A stretch of DNA of 64,000 bases from a virus: the IMG/VR virus record IMGVR_UViG_3300017917_005124, positions 31,438 through 95,437 of that record; one strand, given 5' to 3'. Each line of letters starts with the position of its first letter. The first letter of the stretch is position 1. Shown here piece by piece: positions 1 to 12,000 of this stretch. The translations under genes were made by a program, and so were the position numbers. The notes under the pieces were generated by a model. That model did not search any database and was not told where the DNA came from. It saw nothing but the letters and a program-made list of their open reading frames with translations.

Positions 1-150
1 AAATCATTGTTATTACCAACTTCAAGTCAACCAGTTAAATCAAAAAAAGTAAAAAAAAATACACAACCTGCAGCGGTTAACAGACTTAATATACCTGAGT
101 CAATAAATTTATTGGAGTCTATTAAAGATATTTTGTCAAAAAAAATGTAA
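1..150 (+). CDS. 3' end of an upstream gene (partial)
   Basis: Frame 1 is open from base 1 to TAA at 148-150 (...PESINLLESIKDILSKKM*). Confidence 0.6.
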   Translation, partial: KSLLLPTSSQPVKSKKVKKNTQPAAVNRLNIPESINLLESIKDILSKKM

Positions 151-173
151 CATTTTTAAATATATTGCGTATA
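146..173 (+). promoter_or_regulatory. ECF-type promoter TGTAAC-N16-CGTATA
   Basis: One of six copies with an identical 16-nt spacer; lies upstream of ORF 202. Confidence 0.65.
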
Positions 174-201
174 ATAAAAAAGAACCAATAAAAAAAATGT
201 T

Positions 202-699
202 ATGAACTCAGTTATTAAATTATTTCTTATCATATTAAAAGTTTTAAACTTTTTACTTTTTGTAATGCCAAGTAGATTTTCTCTCTTGGTTTTGTTTGGC
301 TACAATTTTGCTATTTACTTATACTTTGGAGCTTGGAGTATAGAGACAGTTCAACAAACTCTGGGATATGATTCTATTGCCTATAAGCTATTTCTTTTGT
401 TTGTAGAATTTCCAATTTTCTGGTCATTTATATGTTGTTTCGCAGACGCAAAGATGGCCTCAAGTCACAGAGCTGGGACAATAAGTTCAGCGCTTGATAG
501 TGCAATTGCATATAGAAACGGTCAAATGAGTAATAAAACTCCGCAGAAGGCTTTTGATATTTTAAGAAAAACTTCTAATTTAGACGTTATGAAGGCAAAT
601 GAAAATAACCCAACATTTGAACAGGCTATAATGGGTTTTAATGCAAAGTACGGCAATTCAAGTCCTACAAAAGTCTTTAATGAGTTTACAAAAAAATAA
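202..699 (+). CDS. hypothetical membrane protein
   Basis: 165 aa with a hydrophobic N-terminal half; has its own promoter and terminator. Confidence 0.75.
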   Translation: MNSVIKLFLIILKVLNFLLFVMPSRFSLLVLFGYNFAIYLYFGAWSIETVQQTLGYDSIAYKLFLLFVEFPIFWSFICCFADAKMASSHRAGTISSALDSAIAYRNGQMSNKTPQKAFDILRKTSNLDVMKANENNPTFEQAIMGFNAKYGNSSPTKVFNEFTKK

Positions 700-718
700 A
701 AATAATAATATATAAGTT

Positions 719-752
719 AAAAGTCACCTTTAATTTGGGTGGCTTTTTTTTT
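719..752 (+). terminator. intrinsic terminator
   Basis: AAAAGTCACC...GGTGGCTTTT stem followed by a long T tract. Confidence 0.75.
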
Positions 753-781
753 ATTCTTTATTTATTAATAAAGAATAAAAT

Positions 782-3700
782 ATGGCTGATAATATGGATG
801 AAAACATCAAGAAGGCAAAAGCCTATAAAGATAGTCTTGATGCAATTAATAAATCAATAGAGACTCAGACAAGTAGATTTGGAACATTGGCTAACGAGGT
901 GGGTATTGCATTCGGTGCATGGAATTCTCAAACAAAAAAAACTCAAGCTGATAGACTTGAAGAGATTAGATTAACAGAAGAAGCTACAAAATCAGTAAAA
1001 AGTCAGTCAGATGTAGTTCAAGGTCTGATTAATGCTGAGCTTAAATTAGGTGATGCTTTTAAGAAAAATAAGACAAGTGCTGAAATGTTTTCAGATGTAT
1101 TATCTTCTCTTAATGCTGGAGACTTAGCTGGTCAATATTCTAATATAAACGACATTCAAAAAAAGATTTATGAGCTTGAAAAGGATAAAAAAGATTTAAG
1201 TTCTGAACAGTTAGATGAGTTAGAAAAGTTAAGTGGTATATCTAAAAAATATAGAGAAGAGACAGAAGATTTTAATAAAAAAAATGAAAAGAATTTTGAA
1301 GAATGGCTTGAGACAAATGAAAAGATACAAGACATTTTTGAAAACCTACCAGATAAATTAAATTCAACTGCTGAAAAAATGGAGTTCATCAAAAACCTTC
1401 AAGAAAGAGGTGCTGATGAGGCCGAGAGACTTGTAGCAGCAGGTATAATAACAAACGAAGCTGCTCAAAAACTATTGGGTGAAACTCAGAAATTAGTAGA
1501 ATATAGAGAGACTTTGTCTGATTTACAAGCGGAGTCAGCGAATCAATTAAAGACTGAAACTAGTTTACTTAAAAGAATAGGTAATGTGGCTAAGGATAAT
1601 TCTGAAAACGCATTTAAGGGTATTTATGATAGCATGAAGGAAACTAATCAAGCTATTAAAGATGCACAAAGAGATTTTGGTACTTCATTTGATGGCATGA
1701 GTGTTCAGATGGCTGGATTAACAAGTGAGGCTGCAAGATTTGGTATGTCAACAAAAGACACTGTACAAATGATGGGTCAACTTGGTGATGAACTTAAGAC
1801 AACTGATACAAAATATTTAGCATCAGCAACTGAACATTTTGTCGCAATTCAGAAGGCAACTGGTATTTCTTCAGAAGAAGTTACAACAATTGCTGGAGAG
1901 ATGATGCGTGCTGGTAAGTCTGCTGAACAAGTTGAAGGATTTATGGATGAATCTAATAAGATTGCAAAGAAATTTGGCGTAAACACCAAGAAAGTGCTAC
2001 AAGGTGTTTCTAGGAACGTTGATAAGATGCGTCAAATGGGCTTTCAAGGAGGAGAAGAATCATTAGCAAGAATGGCTGCAAGAGCAGAGAGGCTTAATAT
2101 GGATATGGATGAAATGTTCGATGTTGCTAAAAAGGCCAGAAACATAGAGGGTGCTATGGAAATGGCATCTGAACTTCAACTTGCAGGAGGTTCTTTTGCT
2201 AACATAAATCCTATGGACTTATTATCTGCGGCAAGAAAAGGTCCTGAAGAACTTCAAAAGATACTAACTCAGATGGGTGGAGATATCGGTAATTTCAATA
2301 AAGAGACTGGGGAACTTGAGTTTGATGCTGTTGATTCAGATAGGCTTCAGATGGTCGCTGATGCCACTGGTCAAACAGTTGACTCAATACAAAAAGGCCT
2401 TCAAAAGGCAGCTGCAGATAATGCTAAGCTTGATGTTCTTGGTCTTGACTCATCTATTGGTGAAGACGCTAAGAATTTCTTAACAGACATGACAACAATG
2501 AAAGATGGTCAATTGGAGGTTAGTCCTGAATTGTCAGATTTAGCATCTGGTGCTGGTATAGATATCTCAAATGTTGATGACCTTAAGAATTTGAGTGAAG
2601 AAGATACAAAGAAATTAATGGCAGCTAAGGCTGATAAAGAAAAGTCAATTGAGGAGCAAGCTTTGGCAAATCAGTCTTTTGAAGAAAGTATGAAAGCTTT
2701 TAAAGATTCAGTTATGAGTTTGTTTACTGTATTTCAGCCATTTTTAGATGGAATAACTGGGTTTATTCAAGGTTTAACAAAATTTGGACCTGTAGGTCAA
2801 ATTTTGGGGGCTGCAATTGTTGGGCTTGTTGCATTTGGTCCGAAAATAATAGGAGGATTTCAAACGTTTAGAGATTCAGCTAGTTCTGTTGTTGATGGGT
2901 TTAAAGGATTTGCATCTGGATTAAAAAATGGAGAAGGGTTTTTAGGAAAAGTAAAAGGTGGATTAAGTGGTGCTTTTGGTAAAAAAGAAGCTCTTCCAGG
3001 CGCAGATAGTAAGGATGCTACTCCTGGGAAAAGTGGAGGAGGTCTTCAATCTCTTGCTGAGGGCCTTAAGGCTATGGGTGACCCTAAAGTATTTGCTGGT
3101 ATTGGTGCTGTTGCACTTGCTGCTCCAGCACTTGTATTAATGCTTGCAGGAATTCCAACTCTCCTTCTTATGGCGGGAGTTGGAGCATTAGGTAAGCTTG
3201 TTGAGGCTGGATTCAAGGCAACGGCAAGTGGTATATCAGCAATGGGAGAAGCTAAGGGTGTTCTTAAGGGGGCACTCGCAATGGTTATTGTTGGAGCATC
3301 ACTAATTCCATTTGCACTTGCGCTCCAGATGATGGCATCAGTTGAGTGGTCTACGATAGGTATGATGGTAGTTGGTATTGTTGCTCTTGCTGGAATAACT
3401 GCTTTACTAGGGTTTATTGCACCACTAATGCTTATGGGGGCACTTGCTCTAGCGGCATCTAGTGTTGGTTTATTGGTTTTTAGTGCAGCAATAATGGTAT
3501 TTGCAACTGCATCTCAGATGATGCAAGGAATATCTTTTGATTGGCTTGGAGACCTGGGATGGAATCTACTTGTTGCATCTCCTGGATTGTTGCTAGGAGG
3601 TCTTGCACTTATGGTTGCTGCCCCAGCTCTTATTTTAGGTTCACTTGGATTAATGGCACTTGGAGTTGCAGCACAGGCCCTTTCTGGAATTGATTGGACT

Positions 3701-4171
3701 ACATTTTCAGGTATAGGACCAGCACTATCAAGTCTATCATTGGGTCTTATTGCATTTTCTCTTGCTGGACTTGTTTTTGCAAATCCTATAACTCTACTTG
3801 GGATGCTTTTAATGATTGGAAATCTTGGAATGCTTGCTGCAATAATGGCTCCACTTTCTTTATCCTTAAATTCTGGAGCAGATGGTCTTGAGAGATTTTC
3901 TGATGGATTAACAAAGCTTCAAGCTGCAGCAAATAGTCTTGATTTTGAAAGACTTGAGGCACTTAAGGAGTTGTCTGTTGGTATGGCTTCTGGAAGTGGT
4001 GGAGGCATAGGTGGAGAAATACAGAAGATAGCTGAAGCCCTCGCTGCATTGACAAACAATTCTGGAGGAAATGGAAAAGGTGGCGGAAATAAGAAGATTG
4101 AGATTGATTTAAAGTTGAACGGGAGGAGAGTGCAAGAAATTTTGATTGATGACACATCAATCGTGTCATAA
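782..4171 (+). CDS. tail tape measure protein
   Basis: 1129 aa, helical, with an Ala/Gly/Leu-rich hydrophobic C-terminal third ending IEIDLKLNGR; next to baseplate genes. Confidence 0.85.
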   Translation: MADNMDENIKKAKAYKDSLDAINKSIETQTSRFGTLANEVGIAFGAWNSQTKKTQADRLEEIRLTEEATKSVKSQSDVVQGLINAELKLGDAFKKNKTSAEMFSDVLSSLNAGDLAGQYSNINDIQKKIYELEKDKKDLSSEQLDELEKLSGISKKYREETEDFNKKNEKNFEEWLETNEKIQDIFENLPDKLNSTAEKMEFIKNLQERGADEAERLVAAGIITNEAAQKLLGETQKLVEYRETLSDLQAESANQLKTETSLLKRIGNVAKDNSENAFKGIYDSMKETNQAIKDAQRDFGTSFDGMSVQMAGLTSEAARFGMSTKDTVQMMGQLGDELKTTDTKYLASATEHFVAIQKATGISSEEVTTIAGEMMRAGKSAEQVEGFMDESNKIAKKFGVNTKKVLQGVSRNVDKMRQMGFQGGEESLARMAARAERLNMDMDEMFDVAKKARNIEGAMEMASELQLAGGSFANINPMDLLSAARKGPEELQKILTQMGGDIGNFNKETGELEFDAVDSDRLQMVADATGQTVDSIQKGLQKAAADNAKLDVLGLDSSIGEDAKNFLTDMTTMKDGQLEVSPELSDLASGAGIDISNVDDLKNLSEEDTKKLMAAKADKEKSIEEQALANQSFEESMKAFKDSVMSLFTVFQPFLDGITGFIQGLTKFGPVGQILGAAIVGLVAFGPKIIGGFQTFRDSASSVVDGFKGFASGLKNGEGFLGKVKGGLSGAFGKKEALPGADSKDATPGKSGGGLQSLAEGLKAMGDPKVFAGIGAVALAAPALVLMLAGIPTLLLMAGVGALGKLVEAGFKATASGISAMGEAKGVLKGALAMVIVGASLIPFALALQMMASVEWSTIGMMVVGIVALAGITALLGFIAPLMLMGALALAASSVGLLVFSAAIMVFATASQMMQGISFDWLGDLGWNLLVASPGLLLGGLALMVAAPALILGSLGLMALGVAAQALSGIDWTTFSGIGPALSSLSLGLIAFSLAGLVFANPITLLGMLLMIGNLGMLAAIMAPLSLSLNSGADGLERFSDGLTKLQAAANSLDFERLEALKELSVGMASGSGGGIGGEIQKIAEALAALTNNSGGNGKGGGNKKIEIDLKLNGRRVQEILIDDTSIVS

Positions 4172-4344
4172 AAATTATTTTAATTTTTATTGATAAATAA
4201 TGTATAATTTAGGAGCTATTACTTCTATTGCATGATTATATAATTTTTCAACCAACTCTTTGTTTATGCAAAATGTTAAATTTTTTAAAATATAATTTTG
4301 TTTATATTTTTTTTTATATTATTATTTATAATAAACTATAATTA

Positions 4345-7300
4345 ATGGAAGATAGGTTCCCACTTTTTGACCCAAATGATGATGCCGCAAGACAGGAAGA
4401 AAAACTTAGGTCATATTACGAAGAATTTTCTGCAAACGCAAGAAAAAGACTTATTTCTAAGACAATAATTAGACCAACAACTGTTTATGATATTTTATAT
4501 CCTCAAACAAGAAACGAATTATTGTCTAAGAATATTCCATTTAATACAAATCTTGAGGAAGATTCTAAGTTAATAAGAGATAGACAGATTTCTAAGTTAA
4601 TAGAAGGTCAAAGAGATGTTGATAAGCAAGCTGATGATTTTAGAAAATCATTGCTTGCTAGAAATAAGATTCATGAAGATAATGAAAAATTATTGAGAGA
4701 TTCAGAATCTTTTAGGGAAAATTTATTATCAAAAAATAACCCAATAAGCTCAAATGTAGAAAAAGATTCTGAATTTATTAGAAATAATAACCTTTCTAAA
4801 AATAGAATTAACTTATCTTCTAGTGATGATATGAGTGAGAAAAGTTCTTCATATAGAGCAAAAAACTCATCAAGAAATGTAGATAAAGAACAAGATTTGC
4901 TTAAGTACAGTGAAGAAATAAGAAATCAATTTAGAAAAAATGATATTCACAAAAATGTTTCTAGTGAATATAAAATTGAAAAAGAGTCAGAGGTATTTAG
5001 GAGAAATAATTTAAATAAAAATTCAAGTATCAAATTAAATAATATTGATAAGTTATCGAGTGATAAAAGACAGCAGGAGCTATCAAAAAATGCTACAAAA
5101 AAAATAAATCTTGAAGAGTTTTCTAAGGATTTTAGGAGCTCAGATATCTCAAAAAATAATGGTATTGAATTTGATTTACTTAAATATTCTGAAGATATAA
5201 GAAATCAGTTTAGAAAAAATGATATAAATAAAAATTCATATAAAAAAAATGATTTAGAAAAAGAAAGTAATTTTTTTAGAAAAAATAACACATCTAAAAA
5301 TGTCAATGACAATAGTGACTTAGAAAAAGATTCTGAAATTTATAGAAATAGTAATTTATCAAAAAATACAAATGATTCTAATAATTTAAACATAGAAGAT
5401 ATAGCTTCCGAGAGAAGGGGTGATAATTTATCTAAAAATAAAAATAAGAAGATAGATTTAGAAAATTACTCCATAAACTTTAGAAAGGAGGATATGTCTC
5501 TTAATACTTCGAAAATAAGCGACATAGAGAGTGAATCTAAATTATATAGAAGTGATGAACTTTCAAAGAATAAAACTAAATCTGGAAATTTAGAGATAGA
5601 CTCTATTCCATTTAGAGAATCTGACCTTTCATTTAATAAATTTAAAAAAACTAATCTAGAAGAGGACTCAAAAGATTTTAGAAATGAAGATTTGTCTAAA
5701 AATAAAAATAAGAAGATAGACCTTGATGTATATTCTGTTGATTTTAGAAAAGAAGATTTGTCGCTAAATAAGCCGAAATTCAGCGACCTAGAAAAAGACT
5801 CTACTCCATTTAGAAATAGCGACCTTTCATTTAATAAGCCGAAATTCAGCGACCTAGAAAAAGACTCTGTGTCATTTAGAAATAGCGACCTTTCATTTAA
5901 TAAGCCGAAATTCAGCGACCTAGAAAAAGACTCTGTGTCATTCAGGGAAGATGACCTTTCATTTAATAAGCCGAAGCTAAGTAATTTGGAAGTTGACTCA
6001 GTTCCATTCAGGGAAGGTGACCTTTCATTTAATAAGCCGAAGTTAAGTAATTTGGAAGTTGACTCAGTTCCATTCAGGGAAGGTGACCTTTTATTTAATA
6101 AGCCGAAATTTAGCGACCTAGAAAAGGATTCAACGCCTTATTTGTATAATAATTTATCATCAAATGTTCCTAAGTTTAGCGACTTAGAAAAAGATTCTGT
6201 TCCATTTAGAGAAGATGACTTATCATCAAATGTTCCAAGTTATTTGGATTTATTTGTTTACTCAAATGATTTTAGGAATGATAATTTATCATCAAATGTT
6301 CCTACTACTGGTGATTTATTAACAGACTCAGTTCCGTTTAGAAATAGTGACTTAGCAAATAATACTCCAAGTGTATCAAATATAGCTTCTGATTCAGTTG
6401 ATTTTAGAAAAGATTTACTTTCTAAAAATAAACCTTTTATAACTGACCTACTTTCTGACTCTTCTTCATTTAGGGATGATGCTAAATCCAAAAACAATGG
6501 CTTTGGATTGCTTGGTGTAAATATTCAAGGAGCTGGAACAAAAGCATTTCTAGGTATTTCTAGAGTTTTTACTCAAGGTATTTTAGTTAGGCAATTACTT
6601 TTTTCAAAGAATAAATCAAAAAATCAAAACTTATTGCTTGATTCAGAGATTCCAAGAAGTAATAATATAAGAGTTAATAGATGGAATTTAAATGGTAATG
6701 CATATGACTCAACTTCAGAAAATTATGTACTTGCAGATATTATGCAAGGACCATTTAATGGTAAGATAGTTGATTATTCTAGAATTAGCAACACTAATTC
6801 ACCGACAGCAAATGCTATTTTTGCGAATGATAATTATATTATAAATGTTGGTGCAAATTTGCAATTACTTTATGGTACTTCTAATTCTATCGGCACTCCT
6901 TTACCTGGAACAAACAATAAAATGGACTTTCCAAGAGGTAGAAAAGATAGAAAAATAAATAATGGTGTTTTTTCTGTTGACTCTTTAAATCCAAAGGGTG
7001 GCTGGTTCGGCCCTTCTACATATAATAGAAATACTTGGATTGATTTTTTACAAGGAGGTGTAACCAGTGATATAAGAGCTTATAACCAACAAAGAAATGC
7101 TTTTAATTTATACGGATATCAACCTGGAAACCCTAATACTATACAAAAACTTAAGAGTTATACACAAGATGGATTTCAAGATTTAATAAGTTTAACTATA
7201 GGTGATTTTAGTGCAGACTTCCAATCAAGAACTTTAACAACTCCTAATTCTGTAATACAAAGCAATAAGGGAGCTTATTATGATGGTGGAAATTCTGATA

Positions 7301-8706
7301 TTGATATATTAAGGCCAACAGCTTCTGGTGTAGAAATCGGTTCTGCCGAATCTATGATGGCCAAGACTGTGATAGGAAACCCGTTTCAAGATAAAGATTT
7401 CTTAGAGGGAAGAAGAGGGGTTAGGCATATAGTTGATACAATTAAAAAGAGCGACATTCCTCTTGCTAAAAACTATGACCCACAAAATAACAGAGCCTAT
7501 ATAACTGGGTTAAATAAAGATGGTTCTGCAAAGATATCAAGACAAAGATTTACTATTGCAAATCCATATGCTCCTGGTAATTCTGGTAAATTAATATTTT
7601 TTATAAAAAATTATTCTAGTGGGGACCAGTTTTATTTCCCTCCATATATTAAGAGTATCTCAAATACGGAGAGTGCTAATTGGAATTCTACAAATTTTCT
7701 AGGAAGACCAGAGGCTATGTATACATATAATAATTCAAGTAGAGAAGCGTCTATTTCTTTTTATGTATTAACTGATTATACTCAAAGGGTTGATATAGGA
7801 AGGGATTGGGAATCTGAGTCTATGAATAAATTGTCAGTTAACATTAGTGGTCATTTTACTACAACTGATGTTTCTGAAAATAAAAAAAGAAAACTAAAAG
7901 AACAGGAGCTTAATAAATTAAAGCAGGAACAAACAAAAAATATATCTGAATCTAAAAAAAAGCTAGAAGAAAATTCTAATCAAATAGATAATATAAAATC
8001 GAAAACAAAAGAAATAGATGGTAATGGAAATGTTAACGAACAAGTAAAAGAAGAAAAAAATAAAGAAAAACAAGAAGAGCGTCAAGAAAAATTAAATAAG
8101 TTAGAGACAGAAACAGCTGCCTTAAGTGAACAAATAAAAAATCAACAAAAAGAATTAAGTAGTGTAAGTGAAAAAATAGGGACAACAACGGGAAATTTTA
8201 ATAGATTAACAAATTACTCCACATCAAATAATGTTGGTAAAAATGTTTATGGTTTAAATATAAATGATTTACAACGAAATGGAAGTGAAATAGTAAGTAA
8301 GCCAGAAGAAACGGTAAAACGTATAAATACTATGAAATCTAATTTAATGTTTCAACCTGCTTATTTTTCTGGTGACAAGATTGATTTTGTTAGAAAAATA
8401 GAATTTTTATCAAAACTCACAAGACCTTCAGCAAATGATGATGGTTCAAATACTGGTTTCTCATTTATAAAACCACCAATTTGTCACATACATCTTGGTG
8501 ATTGGTGGAATCATGACATAGTTGTTAATAGTGTCAGTTATGATTATGCAGATGCTCCATGGACTTTGGATGAGGGTAGAGTGCAGCCAATGTGGGCTCT
8601 TGTTACTATAAGTTTTAATGTCATTGGACCATTTAAGGCACATAATTCTAGACCACCACTCTCAACTGACCCTGGAGGAATGTTTAGTCCTATTAATGGA
8701 CTTTAA
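4345..8706 (+). CDS. repeat-rich virion protein with a C-terminal tail-tube-initiator/baseplate-like domain
   Basis: About 22-aa repeats over the N-terminal half. C-terminal ANWNSTNFLGRPEAMYTYNNSSREASISF...PPICHIHLGDW...VNSVSYDY resembles contractile-tail tube-initiator proteins. Sits between the tape measure and baseplate genes. Confidence 0.65.
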   Translation: MEDRFPLFDPNDDAARQEEKLRSYYEEFSANARKRLISKTIIRPTTVYDILYPQTRNELLSKNIPFNTNLEEDSKLIRDRQISKLIEGQRDVDKQADDFRKSLLARNKIHEDNEKLLRDSESFRENLLSKNNPISSNVEKDSEFIRNNNLSKNRINLSSSDDMSEKSSSYRAKNSSRNVDKEQDLLKYSEEIRNQFRKNDIHKNVSSEYKIEKESEVFRRNNLNKNSSIKLNNIDKLSSDKRQQELSKNATKKINLEEFSKDFRSSDISKNNGIEFDLLKYSEDIRNQFRKNDINKNSYKKNDLEKESNFFRKNNTSKNVNDNSDLEKDSEIYRNSNLSKNTNDSNNLNIEDIASERRGDNLSKNKNKKIDLENYSINFRKEDMSLNTSKISDIESESKLYRSDELSKNKTKSGNLEIDSIPFRESDLSFNKFKKTNLEEDSKDFRNEDLSKNKNKKIDLDVYSVDFRKEDLSLNKPKFSDLEKDSTPFRNSDLSFNKPKFSDLEKDSVSFRNSDLSFNKPKFSDLEKDSVSFREDDLSFNKPKLSNLEVDSVPFREGDLSFNKPKLSNLEVDSVPFREGDLLFNKPKFSDLEKDSTPYLYNNLSSNVPKFSDLEKDSVPFREDDLSSNVPSYLDLFVYSNDFRNDNLSSNVPTTGDLLTDSVPFRNSDLANNTPSVSNIASDSVDFRKDLLSKNKPFITDLLSDSSSFRDDAKSKNNGFGLLGVNIQGAGTKAFLGISRVFTQGILVRQLLFSKNKSKNQNLLLDSEIPRSNNIRVNRWNLNGNAYDSTSENYVLADIMQGPFNGKIVDYSRISNTNSPTANAIFANDNYIINVGANLQLLYGTSNSIGTPLPGTNNKMDFPRGRKDRKINNGVFSVDSLNPKGGWFGPSTYNRNTWIDFLQGGVTSDIRAYNQQRNAFNLYGYQPGNPNTIQKLKSYTQDGFQDLISLTIGDFSADFQSRTLTTPNSVIQSNKGAYYDGGNSDIDILRPTASGVEIGSAESMMAKTVIGNPFQDKDFLEGRRGVRHIVDTIKKSDIPLAKNYDPQNNRAYITGLNKDGSAKISRQRFTIANPYAPGNSGKLIFFIKNYSSGDQFYFPPYIKSISNTESANWNSTNFLGRPEAMYTYNNSSREASISFYVLTDYTQRVDIGRDWESESMNKLSVNISGHFTTTDVSENKKRKLKEQELNKLKQEQTKNISESKKKLEENSNQIDNIKSKTKEIDGNGNVNEQVKEEKNKEKQEERQEKLNKLETETAALSEQIKNQQKELSSVSEKIGTTTGNFNRLTNYSTSNNVGKNVYGLNINDLQRNGSEIVSKPEETVKRINTMKSNLMFQPAYFSGDKIDFVRKIEFLSKLTRPSANDDGSNTGFSFIKPPICHIHLGDWWNHDIVVNSVSYDYADAPWTLDEGRVQPMWALVTISFNVIGPFKAHNSRPPLSTDPGGMFSPINGL
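5767..6162 (+). repeat. 66-bp coding tandem repeat (six best-conserved units)
   Basis: AATAAGCCGAA starts at 5767, 5833, 5899, 5965, 6031 and 6097; unit is NKPKFSDLEKDSVxFRxxDLSF. Confidence 0.95.
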
Positions 8707-8768
8707 ATTCTTTAATTATTTGTATTTAACATTTTTAATTCTTATTATTTATATTAAAACATAATAAT

Positions 8769-9074
8769 ATGCCTTATAACTTTTATAATCTACTAAAGAC
8801 TGATGACTATCTTAAGGATATGCCAGTAATTTCTATAAAAAAAAGAACTACTGATAAATCAGTGTTATATAATAAGCAAATAAATAGATTAGATACAATT
8901 GCTGGTAATATTTATAAGGATGAAACGCTTTGGAGATTAATACTATGGGCTAATCAGGAATATTTTTTAGAATTCGACATTCCAGATAATACAGTAATAA
9001 GGGTTCCATATCCATTACAAGATGTTATGAATGAGGTTCAAACAAAAATAATATCTAAATCAGATAGAGCATAA
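8769..9074 (+). CDS. baseplate LysM/tail-X-like protein
   Basis: RLDTIAGNIYKDETLWRLILWAN...IPDNTVIRVP pattern; 101 aa; tail context. Confidence 0.75.
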   Translation: MPYNFYNLLKTDDYLKDMPVISIKKRTTDKSVLYNKQINRLDTIAGNIYKDETLWRLILWANQEYFLEFDIPDNTVIRVPYPLQDVMNEVQTKIISKSDRA

Positions 9075-12000
9075 TGGGAAGAGAATATCCGCAACCTTTT
9101 AGTATGAAAGATTTGTTCATTGATGTAAAGCTTGAGGCTTATGTCAAGGGAACTACTTTTGATTTTCTTGGTAGAAAGTTGTTTAGTACTCAATTCTTGA
9201 GAGAAGGAATTGGATTTGGTATAACAAATATTGAAATTGAGGTAAATACATCGCTACAGCCTATTGTTACAGTTACTATGAAAGATATGTATGGTTTAAC
9301 TGTGTTTGGAGGTCAAAGTAGAAATGATGATTACGACAATCAATCTTATGACTATAGTGTTTTGTTTGATTGGCCTCCTCCTAAGTTTTTGTTCTCATTT
9401 AAAGGATATTTGGGAAAACCAGTTAGTTGGCTTTTAAATCTAAAGAGGACAACAACAAACTTTAACTCAAGTGATGGTAGTTATGAAATTAAGTGTGAAT
9501 TTGTGCCAAATCAGTGGGGTTTCTTTGCGGATTTGCCAATGCTTTTTTTATTGGCAGCAAAGGCAATGAGGAGAGATAGAGTTGGAAATTCACCTGCAAA
9601 TCCAGCATATGTAACAAGTGTGTTTGATTTAATTAAAATAGGTAAACAAGTAGAGGTAAAAACGAAAGATACTACCAAGGAGTTTGATGAATTAATTAAA
9701 CAACTGGGGTCATTAAAATCAAATATAGCTGGAACTCTAGTTAGTTCTAAGGTTGTGGGTTTTGGTGATGAAATAACAGGAGTTGTTAATAATATTCCAA
9801 TTAAGGGTTTTAAAAAAATAACTATACCAAAACTTGAAGACTTTGATAGTTCAGTTAATACTGAAGAGAAAGTGAATCTTAAGATATCAGACCCAACTTC
9901 TTTATCGAAGGTAAACACCTATATGCTTCTTCACTTGAAGATTGATGGTAAATATTATCATAATTTTTCTATTCCTAGTTATAGTAGTCTCCAGCCTAAT
10001 GAATCAAATACATCAATTGCTAAAAATCAAACAATAGAAGGTATTAATAAAAATATAAGGCTTATTGAAGATGAAATAAAAAGAAGAGTATATAATTCTT
10101 CAAAAAGCAAGTTAAAAAAAATAACTATTGGAGAGATTTTCTCTCAACTTGCTAAGGATGCTGCTTTTATTATTGGAAATATAATAGAATCTGGATTAAA
10201 GGGTTATAATAATAATGTTGACTCAAGAAGTCAAAATGAAAAAAATTTAATAGGTCAATCATTTCCGCTAATGATAAAAGATAATGGAGAAGAAGTTCCA
10301 GCTACTACTGAGAACTTTGGAGACGACCTTGGAGTGGATAAATATGAAATGGATTTTGTTAGAAAATTCATAAATGCTATTAGTGAGGGGATTGCAAAGG
10401 ATTTGATTGATGATAATGATTCTAATCTGTCTGATGATAGTACTTTAAAGAATAGGATTAATAATATGGAAATAATTAAAGGCAATCCATATAAGCCATT
10501 CTATAGAGATATAGCAACAAATATTTTAGTCAGAGGAGGTATAGCTGGTTTTGTAACTAGAAGTAATGACCCTAATAAGCCAGGTGATTATGCTAATGAT
10601 TTTGTTGACTTTTATTTTGATAGAGAAGGTGCTGATGATTTAATTGCACTAGCTGAGTTAGATTCTAAAAATATAACTGATGGTATATTATCTCAAATGT
10701 CGGATGTTGATATACTTTCTTTGAAAAGATTTTGTAAGTTTTTCGGTAGGTTTTATCAAGAAAATGGAGAATATTTAATTGAAAGAGATAAAGATGGAAA
10801 TACTTCTAAGGGAGCTGAGATAACAAGTGCTGACCAAGCCTCGACATATAAAGTAATAATGGAGGATTCTCCTGAAGTGACTTTAACGTTTGAGCAATTG
10901 TTTAAAGAGTTAAAAAAGGGTAATATAGACTTTAGCTCAAATAAAACAGGTGGATTGGTTTTACCTGCAGAAGAGTTGGAAGAGGATTCTGAGTTTTCCA
11001 CATCTCAAGTACCTAGTTCAATAGACCCTATTCAATTTATTGATGATGAAGAATATACAGCAAAAAAAATAATAAATAACGGAATAGCATATACAAAACC
11101 TTTAAATAATAGTGATAGATATTGGTATGTAGTTTTTGAGGGAAATGATAACGTTAAGGCGCAAGAAGCAAACTCATCTCCATCGGATTCTGAAAGCAAA
11201 GGTTCAGAAAGGGATGAGAGTCAAGATGAGCCAGTGGGATATTTGCCAATAAACGCAGTAAAAGATTCTGAACAAAAAGAGTTAGGGTATTATAAACTTT
11301 TTAATGATAGACAGAGTCAGTTTTTACTTGTATCTTATGATAAATTAAAAAACCCAGAATCTTCTTTTTATGATAAAGATGAAAGTTCTGGATTTCAAAA
11401 TTATTTATTTACAAAAAAAATATATGAAAGTAAGGAAGAAGCTATTTATGAAGGTAAAAAACCTGGTGAATACGCTATTGCTGGAGAAATAGGTATGACT
11501 GTTTTTTCTAATTTTGATGGTGATACATTTGGGGAAGATGGTCTTGTTTTCGACATGTTTTCAAATACAAGACAAAGTATAAGTCAAAGAGTTTTTATTA
11601 AGCATATTTGTAAATTAATATTGCAAAATATAAATAAACTTGAAGAAGAGAGAAATCAGGTTATAGGCTCAGTTTTAGGTAAAGCAGCAGAACAGGAAGT
11701 TGCATTATATAAGCAAATGCATACTTTGTTTCATCAGTGGGAAGTTTTGTCATACGCATCAAATAAAAAAAGTGATTCACAAAAAGTTGACGGATTAATT
11801 GATGAATTAGAAGAAAAATATGGAGGTTCACATAATGATATAACTTCATCTGAGGATGTAAATGGATTGCCAGATGGTGCCTTTGTATATGAATTTCCTC
11901 TTCAGAGGATAAATGGAGTTAAAGGAGGTAAGCCTATACAGGTTAGAAATTCTTTAATAAATCTTGAGCCATTATATAAATTAAATGGAGACACTTCTGT

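Noticed and set aside
5767-6162. Regular repeats as a CRISPR array
   Set aside because: They are in-frame 66-bp coding repeats with no unique spacers and no cas genes.
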